A DNA stretch of 64,000 nucleotides from a virus (taxonomy: Duplodnaviria > Caudoviricetes): the IMG/VR virus record IMGVR_UViG_3300037692_000137, positions 96,001 to 160,000 of that record; one strand, given 5' to 3'. Each line of letters opens with the position of its first letter. The first letter of the stretch is position 1. The position numbers and the translations under genes were made by a program. The notes beneath the pieces were generated by a model, which worked only from the letters and a program-made list of their open reading frames with translations, searched no databases and was not told the DNA's origin. This document shows, piece after piece, positions 32,901-44,900 of this stretch.

Positions 32901-35900
32901 AGGTGCCACTTTAATACCTTTGGCTAGCATTTCACCAATAACAGGTATTTCACTGGCCATATCTTTAAGCATTTTTTTAGTATTTTCAGAGCCTCCTGTT
33001 TTAGTTAAATCTTCTATAAATTTAGAAGCTACGTCTACTTCGGACTCAGCTAATTGTTTGGTCTTAGACTTATCAAGCACTTTAAAGTAGTCAGCAAAGT
33101 TTGTACTAACTTTAAGCACCGCATTACCCACTTTATCATAGCCTAATACCAAGTTGCTGTTAGATTCTGCTAACTGATTTGCTAAGCTTATGACATCTTC
33201 TTGCGCTTTACCTAAAGTAACTATTGGCGCTTCATACGTACTTAAGGACTTTCTACGTTCTTGAACACCAGGATCTCTTAATTTATTTAAGTCCTCTATC
33301 TTATTTTGTAAAACATCGTAGGAAGCGGCCATATTTTTAATATTAGTGAGACTGTCCTCTTGAACGCTACGGGTATTGTACATAGAATCTGCGTAGTCTT
33401 GCGCAGACTGTGTCATTCTATGGTATTGGTCCCCTAATACTTTTATAGCAGGCACTAAAGCTGCTATTGTGGTCAGTAATGGGGCTACGGCAGCTACAAA
33501 TGATGTATCATCAGTAGCTAGATTCTCAGTTAACTTTTTGCCTATATCGCCCAGAGAGTCACCAAAACCTTTTACAGCCATACCCCCTAAATATGATCCC
33601 ATTCCAGCTACTTCAGCGCCCATGGCCAAACCACCAGAAACTAGTTTCTTTAAAGCCTGATGTATACCTAGTTCTTTTACTGTTTTTTCTACATCCTCTT
33701 TGGTCATACTATTACGTTTTCTAATGTCTGCTACGGTTTCACCTATACCAGCGGTACTACTAAGTTTGGTACCCACTGTTTTACCAGCAGATCCGAAGGA
33801 CGCTATACCTTTACCTGTAGTAGAAATGCTATCAGCAACAAAGCTATTAAATACTTTACCAACTTCTTGTAATTTAAAAGCCAGCTTACCAAAAGATGAA
33901 TGAAAGTCAGATAGTTTAACACCTCTGGCTACGTCTGTTTTTTCGCCTTCTGGGCCAGCAGTAGTAAATTTACCTAATGTCTTTAAACCAGCAGTGGCCA
34001 GTTTACCACCACCTAAACCAAACAGCTCATACTTAGTCTTAGCCAGTTCTTTACTGAACTGTGCTCCAGCGCCGGATATACCTAAAAAGTCTTTACCACC
34101 AGCAAGCATGTCACCTAAGGATTCAGCTAACTGCTGCCCTTTAGTCATATAGGCTAACAAGGTCACAAAAGCAGCTCCGGCAGCTTTAATTGGTGCGGGT
34201 ATAGCTGATAATGCCTCTAAAAATGTTTTAACACCGCTTAAGCCAATTTTAAACGCAGGGAGCGCTACTTTACCAATAGACATCTGCAGTTCTACTAAAG
34301 CAACTTTAGTTTGTTCAAGTTGTTTCCTATAAGTGCCCATTAATTCAGCATTACGCCTTTCTGCCGAACCTTTGGAGTTCATACTATCTTTGGTGGCTCT
34401 TAAAGCTTGGTCCCAGTTATCCATTAAAGCTATAAGAGAGTTGTATTGTCTAGTACCACCAAGTGCTTGGGAGGTGGTTAATTTTTGTGCATTGCTAAGG
34501 TCTTTCCATTTTTTGCTTAGGTCATCTAAAACATTAAACCCAGCCCTTAATTGCCCAGTAGGCTCCATAACAGGGATACCAAGTTTACCTAGTTGCTGTG
34601 GCCCTTTTTCTGCGGAGAGCCTACGTAAAATAAATCTAAGTGAGGTACCAACCTCTTTACCTGACTGCCTTGTAGTTGAACCTATAGCAGCTACAATACC
34701 ATTTAATTGGTCAAAAGTAACACCGGCAATTTTAGCTGCGGAAGCAGATTTTTGGATAGCGTTAGCTAGATCACCAGCAGTAATAGCGCTCTTGGCTTCA
34801 ACCTCACTCCAAGCGTCCAAAAAGCGCATGGCACTGTTGCCCTCTTCTTGATAAATTTTCATAGCTGAGGTTAACGCTTCAGTAGCTTCAGAGGCCTTTA
34901 ATGTTGTAACATTAGCTGCTAAAGTAGATACTCTAGTTCTATCAATAATTTCTGCTTGTGTTAAACCTTGTTGTGCAAAAACGTTCATGGATTGTAGTAT
35001 ATCAGTTACACCGACACCGTACTGTTTAGCAAATTTAACCGCTGCTGCCGATAATCCTTCAATATCGGCTGATAAAGGGTTTAACATCATTTTAAGAGTA
35101 GCCAAACCATATTCTATTTCGGATAAGGTGCTGATGGCTTGTTTAAGCTGAGCAAAACCACCATAAACTACAGAAGAAGCGGCACCCCATTTAACCGCAC
35201 GGCCTATTGCGCCCCTAAAACCGCTATTAGATCCCTGCATAGCGGCGGCTAAGTCTCTCTCTTTTATAGTTATATCGCTTAATGACTTACCATATTTAGC
35301 AAAGTCTACTACTACATTACGCACAATTTGACCGGTTTGATCAAGTACTTTAATAGGATACGATCTAACCTCACCTACACGAGCACCACCAGCCTCTTGT
35401 GGTTTCTCAAAATATTCTTTTACTTTCTCTACATTACTTGTATGCATCGCAAGCTGTTCTTTTGGTGCTAACCACTTAGGAACTGGCACGGCACCGGCCT
35501 CACCCCAGTCTTTATTAGCAGACTGATTTATCATGGTGTATGAGTTCTCTACCGATTTTAGATACTTTATGACAGTTTCTAAATTCTTCTTTTGGGCTGC
35601 TCCAAAATCGTCTGTTAAATTATACTTCATATAACGTTCGAGAGAAGCACGAAGCCTGCTTAATTTTTCTGCTAAAAGGTCAAAGTCCCAAGCATGCATA
35701 ACATCTGAGCCCATTCTAGTAAGCATCTCAGCGTTCTGCATCATGTCTACCATTTCTCTTTTAACATTGGACCCTGTTATTGTGGATACTGCTGTGCGCG
35801 CTTTTTCTACTGCAGGTGTCATGGTGTTATCTTTTTGTAAGTCAGCCACTATATTTTCAAACATAGCTTGCAGTTGTTTATCGTCACCCAAAGGTGTGGT

Positions 35901-38900
35901 AGATTTAGTAGCCAGTTCTCCTGGTGTCTGATAAACGTTTAGTCTACGTGCCATTTCTGGCATTACAAACTTTTTATCTTCTGTGTAAATGTCTGTTCTA
36001 GAACCAGCTACCCTACTAACAAACTTACGCATCCTAGCAATAGCAGATTGTGCTTTACCGTAACTTGCAGTCTCTGATTCAAAGTCTTTTGACGTACTGG
36101 CAGCTTCGTATGCTTTTTTAGCTTCTTTGGCCTGTGATAAATAGTAGTCACCTTCAGCCATTCTGTACAACTTCCAGGCTTTATTTAATTGTGCGCCGGC
36201 TTTACGTTCACCCTCAGGACCTCCTTGATCGGTAGCAAGCTGTTTAAATTTATCTGTTGCTGCTCTGAATTTATCCATATCAGGGCCGGTTTTGCCCGTA
36301 CCCCTAATTATGTCTGACAAATCTTTACTTACTTTTTCTAGATTATTAAGTTCTTCATCATAGTTAATATTACGTACCTGCCGTTGAAATTCTTTGGCAG
36401 CTGTATGAAACGTGATAAAGTTCTCCAAATCAGCCCACACATCTTTACCAGATGCTATTTTAGGGCTGTATAATTTATCTATATCACTAATTGAATCGGT
36501 TTCGTCAAGTTTAAACCCTTTAACTTTCTCTTCATTTTCTTTAGGTGTCATCGGTCTGTAAGAAGAGGTTCTTTGTCGCCCCCCACCAGCACTTTTAATT
36601 GACTCAAAATGTTTTGAGGACTCATCTAACATACTTTTTAAATCAGACTCACTTATGTTTAAAGGACTGGCCTTCTTTGCTGCATTCTCCTGTTCTTCTA
36701 AGCTACCGGTGGTTCTAAACTTACCAGCAAATCTTCTGGCTTTGGATATAGCATCTACATCTTTAGCCAGTAATGCTGGGTCTTGTTTAAACTTTACAAC
36801 TTCTGGTGTATCAGTTCCCTTACTAGTACTACTATAATAGTTAGCCTCGCCTTTAGAGGAGCCAATAGCTGACATATAAACATTTAATTGTGATGCCACG
36901 TCGAGCAGTTTATAGGCCGCGGCCAAACTAGGTTTATCCCCTTTTTCAATTAGTTTAGCATAAACCTCTGGAAAATCGGATGTGCCCGCAGCCTGTATAG
37001 CGACCCCTATGGCGTTTTTAACACCCTCACCTACTGTCTTTATATCTATGGGATACTTTTCACCTGTTGTTTCATTTTTCATTACAACATCTATGTGCCC
37101 AGTTATAGTACCGGCTTTTGTAGTTAAAGCTACAAATTGCTCTATCGCCGATGATGGGTCCATAGACATTATATCTTTTTGTATTTTAGCATGTATAGCT
37201 TGACCAACAAGTGCTGAGGCTTCTAAAAAGTCGTTTGGAACACCACCCTTTTCTCCGCGCATGGCTGCTACTATAGCGGTCAGCTGGCTACTATTTAATT
37301 CTTTTTCGGAGAAATCTTCTCTTTTAAAACCGCTTTTATACTCACCTCCGCCAGCTAAGGCGCTGGCCCGATACATTGTTTCGTATGTAGCCCCATTAAG
37401 TTCATTATTACCACCTGTTATTTGGTTGGACCATTTTTTAAGTTGTTCCACGTCAACAGCCGGCTCGGAGGCCATTTTAGTTTTAGAAGAAGGTGGTGTG
37501 TCCCCTACAAACAGCCCTATACCAGAAGCTATGCTTTGTAAATGTACATTTAAAGCACCGCCTGTAAAAGTAAAAGGGCCGCCAGGAACGCCTGCCCCTG
37601 GAGCACTTATTCCAGGAGTAACGGGTGGTGGTGTGCCACCTACAGAGCCAGTAAGATCCGCATCCATTATAGGAGATGCTACCTTAACTGCTTCTATACC
37701 GGCTGCTGAAGGATAGGCGGTACCCTTTGCGCTACGTCCCGAAGAAACAGGCGGTAACATAGCAGCCACATCCATACCTGAAGCACTTGAGGTCTTAAAT
37801 ACCTTTAAGGCCCTATCTAATGAATACAGTGACTTCATTTTTTCTGAGAATACTTTTACATATTCATCAACTTTGGTTTGCAGTTCTTCTGGGGTTAATC
37901 CTTGATCTTTAAATTTTGTTTCAGCTATCTTGCTAAGTTCGCTCTTACCTAATAACTCTATTTCTTGTAGCACTGAAGGCTCTACTACAGGTAGTCCAGC
38001 CAGTGTGGTATAGTAATCTACAACATCACGCATGCGCATTAGATCTTTAGCTGAAGATCTATCTTTAAATACCTGCTCATGTATTGGTGACATATCAGCT
38101 AGGTCACCAGTAGTTAATTCAGTAAGTTTACCTATACTGTCTTGTATTGACTTAACATCTAGCGGCTCATAATTAGCTATGGCCGCAGTTGCTGCCTGGA
38201 CGTCCTTCTGAGAATTTTTCAGCCTGTCTGCGGATGTCTTTACTAGTTCACCGTATGCCCCAGATCCGGATACTTCATATAGCTGATTGAGTTCATCCTC
38301 TAAATTGGCTGCTGTAGCTACTGCTTTTGCCATGCTAGAAGAATATCGGGCTTCTTCTTTTTTGCCATAAGACCCTGGCTGTAATTTAGCTATACCCACA
38401 TCTAAGTCTAATGAGCCCTTACCATGTTTACTAATGTAAGCACCAGCTTGGCTTTCTGTGGTAGCACCGGCAGTTCTAAACTTATATAAAGGGGCCTCTT
38501 TACTGGTTATGAGGCTTGAGGCTACCGCAGATGGACTTGACTCTTTTAGTCTACGTGTGTATTCTTCCTCGGCCGCGGCTTTAAGAGTATCAGGAGACAT
38601 CCCTTTACCTCTTGTAGCGGCTATTTGTTTTTGTAATGTATCTAGAGCCGAATTTCTAATAGACTGCTCTAACCGTGTTAGAAAGCCTCTAAAACCCATC
38701 TTGTCTACCATCTCAGCAGTAAACTTATCTATGTCAGATAAATCGGCGGTTACACCGTAGGCAGAGGCCATGCTTTGAACATCCTCTGTCATACCCTTAG
38801 ATAGCATACTATGTATTCTGTCTGTTATAGCCTGTGCGTCTGCTTTAACAAAGTCTTTAAGATCTTCATAGTCTTTGTTGTTTAAAACATTCTTATAAAC

Positions 38901-41900
38901 TTTTTCTCCGCCGCCTAGTTCCATTATATCTTTAGTGATGTCTGAAGATACTGATGCCGCGCCAGCATGTTTAACATCCATACCTTTTTGTAGACTAAAT
39001 CTGGTTAGCTCATTCATTCTAGATTGTTCGTCTCTAGAGAACTTCTGGTCGCCCTTGGCGCCTATTAAACTTGAACCGCCCGATACATCTTTATTATAGG
39101 AAAGACTTAGTCTAGTAAAAGCCTCTGTTTCAGGACCAGTGTGTATTTTAAATAACTGCGCTGCCACAGCAGACTTAGTACGCTCATTAGCTAGAGTAGC
39201 TCCGGTTTGAAACTTAAAAGACTTTTTAAACTTGTCATCTAGCGTCTCTACTACCTCAGCTATTTTATCTGCGTTATTTTTTAATTCATCAGCGTTGCTA
39301 AGATCTTTTATATTAGATACAGCAGTTTCTAGTTTATCGGCATCGGTTTTATCCAACATATTGCTTACTTGCTCTAATACTTTGTTTAAATCTTTAGAAT
39401 CCCCAGCCAAAGCTTGGAGTTGCTCTGATAAAGATAAAAAGCCCATATCTTCTGTAGCAAAAGGTTTCTGCATAAAGCTAAAACCTTTTTCTGTTGGGAA
39501 CTTTTTAGCAAAAGATTCACCCATTTCAGCCAGTGTATATTCTGAAGCAGGTGGTTGAACAGCGCCGTAAGTAAACTGGTCTCTAAACACTGATGCTGTA
39601 TCAGTCAAATCTTGAGTTAGTGTGTCGTAATGCTTTTTAATGTCATTTCTAGACTTAAGATTAATAGCAGAGTGGATTTCTATTGCGTCACCGTCAAAGT
39701 CTAGTTTTTGTTGGTGTGCTATATACTTGGGCAGTAAATTAGATATAGCCGCATTAAGACCATCTATCAAATCAGTTAGTTTTGCAAGTTTTTCAGGGGA
39801 GGCCGCAGCACCTTTACCTAATTCTGTTGCCCGCACCGTGGACAAAGATTCTCTCTGTTTTGTCACTCTCTGGATAACCCCAGATAAAGCATCCATAGGT
39901 AAATTAGGCATGCCAGGGACAGCTAGTACATTACTAGCCATACCACCCTTACCTTCACCCAATAATTTAGCTTTATATGGTTGTATGGATGAGGTTCCTG
40001 TAAAGGGGTAACGTAAACTCTCTATATAGGGGGCTAGTTCTTCCTCTATATACTTCTTTATGGTTGCTTTTTCTTCGGAGGTATTACCTTTACCTTGCAG
40101 GTCTTGCGTATAACGCAGCATGTCTAGTAAAGTGCCTTCTACCTTAGTAGCTGGAGCAGCTTCTCCTTCTTTTGTAAATTTCTTGGTGAAGGATACAGGT
40201 ATCTTTCTGGCTATTTCCGCAGGGACTCCAATTTCATGCTGGCCTAATATTGGCAGACCTAACTCACTTGTGCGTTTTAAGCGCTCAGAATGTTTTTCTT
40301 TTATGGACTGTGTTTGTTCTTGTAGTGTTTTTAAATATTTAATACTTTTTTCTGATATCCCCATCTCTTGTTGCATTTCTGGTGATAGGCCCTCTAAATC
40401 ACTTATGATGGCGGACATCTGTGTATCAAATGTTTCTAGATCTTTTGTCTTATCAACAGTGGCGGAAACTGCCTTAGCCATAACAGCTGGAATTTTTCTG
40501 GTAAACAATGTTTCAGCTACAGAGCCACTCTTGCCCAATGTAGTTTCAGCTAAAGTCTCTAAGTAATTTATTTTAGCTTTTTGTACGGCCGCTAATTTAT
40601 TATTCATCTCTTGTTCTAGCATACCCTTACCACCAGAAAAGTCTTTACTGATGGTATTTAGTTGCTCAAGTAAATTACCCTTTGGATCTGTTTTAAACGG
40701 TACTTTACCCTCACTTAATTGACTAGAAACAGTGGCGCCAGCATGTCTAAGCGATTTAAGTATAGCATTATACCTTTTTTCAGCATAGTTAGCTTGTGAT
40801 TGAACAACACCTTCCATAGAACTAGCGTAAGATTTATTCATAGATTCAGATAGGGCATCATTTATATTTTTCTTAAATGTGATCCACATCTGTTCTAGCT
40901 CTTTTACATATTTAGGATCGTAGGTAGATAGTCTTCCACCTTTTACCCTTATATCACTAGTGGTGGATAAAACAGAGGATTTCAACATACCGGCAGCAGC
41001 CTCTTTCATAACTGCTTCAGCTGTTTTACGAGAGTCTACATTTTTAGCCATGTAGTATTGTTCAGTATTAGTTACAAAATCTTGATAGTCCTTAGCGGAG
41101 TTTATTAAGTTTTGTAACACACGTGTGGGTTCCTCAGGACCAAACTCACCCGCTACCAACGGCTCAGGGTAAACACCTCTACCGGCCGGGGAGGGCACGT
41201 AAAAGTCCTCAAAAGCTGTGGGCTTTTGCCCTAGCTTAGCTTTAGAAGCATCTGGGGAAGGTAGTTGCAACATGAATGGTTTATTGAATTTCTCAACATC
41301 CATAACGGTACCAAGCATGCTGCGTTTACCCTTATCCAGTGTTCCAGTAGAGTAGTCAAAAGAGTTCAATTCGTCTACTGATACCTTATCCAATTTATTT
41401 CGTAAGGCACCTAAAACCTCTGAGTCTTTATTAGTATTGGCTATTAAAGTTTTTATATATTCCCAATGTTTTTTATCAGTATCACTCAACTGCTCAACAA
41501 GGTCCGCCTGACTACCAGCACCTTGAATTGGTGTTTGGTTTATTTCCTTCATCAACTCAGAATCTTTGCCAAACACATTCAGGTAAGCAGTATAAGCAGG
41601 CACGTTTAACTTAGCGCCTTTTACACGTTTGCGCACGTCGGTGGTAGACCATGCCTCGGTAGCTGTGGGTTCTTCTACTACCTGTAAGAATTTTTGACCT
41701 ACTAGACTTTTTCGTTTTTCTCCAAATTCGTCTATAACCTCTGAGTAGAAATTAGACATTTCTTCAAGAGCTGCACCACGCTTTGCCATTACGGCGGCTT
41801 GATCAGACTGCTTACCACGCTGCATAAATATTTTTGTCAATTCTTTTTCTGCTTTACCTGGGTCTGTTCCCTTAAAACCCAAGGCGGAACTATATGTAGA

Positions 41901-44900
41901 TAAGGACTCTTTGCCGCCACCAAGTAATTTTTTATACATGTCAGGATCAAAAGTGTCACGTAGTGTGGTATGTGCCTCATCTTTTTCCGAGGCTTTCTGA
42001 ACGTTAGCTACGTTGTTAAGTATTGTTTCTAATACCTCTGTCTGTAAACCACGTTTACCAGCACCTAAAGAGCTAATTCTAACATCGATAGGTTTTAGTT
42101 CGTATAAACCACCCTCTTTAATCATACTACTATATGTTTGTTTTAGGTTGTTTATGCCGTCTACACCGTCTGTTATAGCTATACCGATAGAGCTAAACAG
42201 CTCTTTGGCCTTATTGTATATATCTTGCTGTATTGTGGCCTCCTCTGGAACTGTCAACCCTGAAGTAGCATCTTTAAAATACTCTATCATAAACTTATTA
42301 CCGGAATTTATGAGTTGTGATTTTAGTCCTTCTACTTCTGATTGAGAAGCGCCAGATGCTGTAAGCCCCTCTATTTGACTATCTAGTAATTCAGCTGCCA
42401 ACTGTCCCATACTTTTAGGCATTTTGGCAGTACCTAAACCAGCGTTTACCTGCTCTTCACTAGTGAGCACTTTTATGTTTTTATCACCCCAAGTTTTAAG
42501 AATATCTGACATTTTAGATGTGTCAGTAGAGGTCATAGAAACACCTTTTGAACCAAAACGAGTAGTAAATTTTCTACCGAAATGATTCATAAAAACTTCG
42601 GCCACTTTTGCTGCCTGTACTTCTACATTCTCAGAACGTACCGTAGCCATACTTTTCTGTACTTCTGTAATAAAAGCTTTATCAGCCCGGCCTTTATACG
42701 TATTACTGACCCCCATCATATCTTGAAACTGGCTATATACTTTATTAATAGCGTCAGCTGAGTCTACATCTTTTAATACGCCTGGCTTAACATCAGATAC
42801 AGCCTCAGTACCTTTACCAGAAGTACTTAGCTCCTTACCGAGCATTCTACCGCCGGCGGCAGGTAAAACTAACGTCTTTGTTAAAGAAGTAACAGCATCA
42901 GCTAATTTACCAGATACAAGTATCTGGTCCTCAAAAGTACCAGAAGTGTGTCGTAGCTCCGCAGTTACATTGAACCCATAGCCCTTCTCACCATAACGAC
43001 CGCCTTCTATTAAAGATTTTTCACGCTCTGTTCTTAATGTGGGTGTTGTTGTGCCTAGACCCTTTACACGGGATACACCAAATTTATCAGTAAGCCCGTT
43101 TATCTCATCTATAGAAGAAGACATAGCGTTAGTAACGCCGGCTATGTTACGCCCCAGTTGTTGAAATTCACCAAAAGGTGCCATGCTTGTTAAGTCATCA
43201 ACAAACATTTTTATGTTAGTTCCACCTAGCGCTTTTAGATAAGATAACCCCTCTTCATAATCTTTGTTATCTTCATCTGCGCCTCTAACTTTATTAGACT
43301 TAAGATAGGCTATAGAGCTGGCCTGGGATTCAGGTATACCCAAAGAGGCTAGTTTTCTTCCTTGCGAGGGTAATTCCTGTAATCGTTTAACAATCAGTGT
43401 AGACTCCGGAGATTCTGTGGCTAGTTTAGCTAGCATATCTCTTTCAGCGTACATTTCTTTGAAACGTAGATTTAAGTCTTTAATATAGTTTTTATGCTCT
43501 TCTGGTTTTAACTCATAATCTCTCTCAGTAGGATATAGTCCTGGAGTACCTCTAGAAAGAAGATTAACCACGTTGGACTGTTGTAATCCTCGGCGAGGTT
43601 TGCCTGGTTCTATTAGAGGCATTAGCTGCTCTACTTGCTTTGTGGCACTTTCAAAGCCTCTGGCACCACTTTGGTATGCTGGTTTTTCTACTAATTTTTT
43701 AAGTGGTGCTTCTAAAACCTTACCATAGATATCATATATATTTTTAAATTCTACCTTGTCCAAAGCTTTAGCAAAATCGTATGCGGATACTTGGGCCGCG
43801 TTCATTATATTGACAAATGACATAACCTGTGTTTTAAGGTCTTTATTTGGATCAAGTGTAAACTGATCTATTTGCTTATTTATATTGGTTAATGTAGGCT
43901 GTATATCTAAGTCAGGGTCTATGCGTTTTTTCTGAACCATTGTTGAAACTGCGGCTGCCTTGTACCCCTCCTTAATACCCGAGAATTCCTTTGTTACACG
44001 GGCGTGCTCAGTTACTGGTGATTCATTTGGTTTAAAGGTGCTTATGTCAGCCAGTAACTTAGTTACCAAGTCAGATACAGCACTCTGCTCTAAACGTGTT
44101 TGTGGATTAACACCTATAGATTGTATTTTAGATGTGTAGTCTTCCTCGCGACGCAGCGTTCCGGCTTGTAAAGCTTTGCTATAGAGCTTCTCTAGACCTG
44201 TTTCAAACATGGCAAATTTAGATAAGGCCCTCTCTGATCCGTGTGCAGTTTCTAATATAGGGGTTCCGGAAGGAGTCATTCTAGCGGCAGGCAGTGCTAC
44301 ATTACGTATGTAGGGTGCAGGGTGCTCTCTCCTTGTGGTGTCTACGTCGGCTAGGCCTCTATTAACCTCAGCCACAGCATAGGTCTGTCTAGTGAGTTGT
44401 GTTAGAGGACCAAGCTGGCTACCTACTGCTTTTTTCACGCCCTCTACTAAATTGACACTACCTTTAGAAGTTTCATAAGCGGTTTTAAGATCAAGCAATG
44501 CTTTTTTAATTTCAGGATCTGACACAGTGGTCCAACCAGCTATATTTTCTTTTGACGCAGATTTCATCCATGTGGCTACTTTACTAGCCAGTAAGTCTGT
44601 ATTTTCGTCAGTACTTCCGCCATGAGTTATACCAGCCATCAATTTATCAAGTTGAAGTTCTTTAAATGCTGATACTATTTGGTTTGGATCTCCTGTAGCA
44701 GTTCTTTTACTTTTTGTAAGTTCCTTTTGCATAGACTTTATATCTGCTATCTGCATGGTCCACATCTTAGAGTTAGTCTGATTTAGACTATTACTTACAT
44801 TTGTAAAGTATTTGCTGCTTTCCGGAGCGCCGGGCATTTCTAAAGGCTTCCAGTCAGACTTACCAAGCTGCTCGGTAACTGTTTTAGTAATATCTTTTAG

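Noticed and set aside
38900-43300. Possibility that the RNAP region is a cellular rpoBC fragment misassembled into the contig, or an intein
   Set aside because: It is in frame and continuous with the TMP, highly divergent from cellular RpoB/RpoC, similar in composition to its flanks, and has no intein splice motifs.
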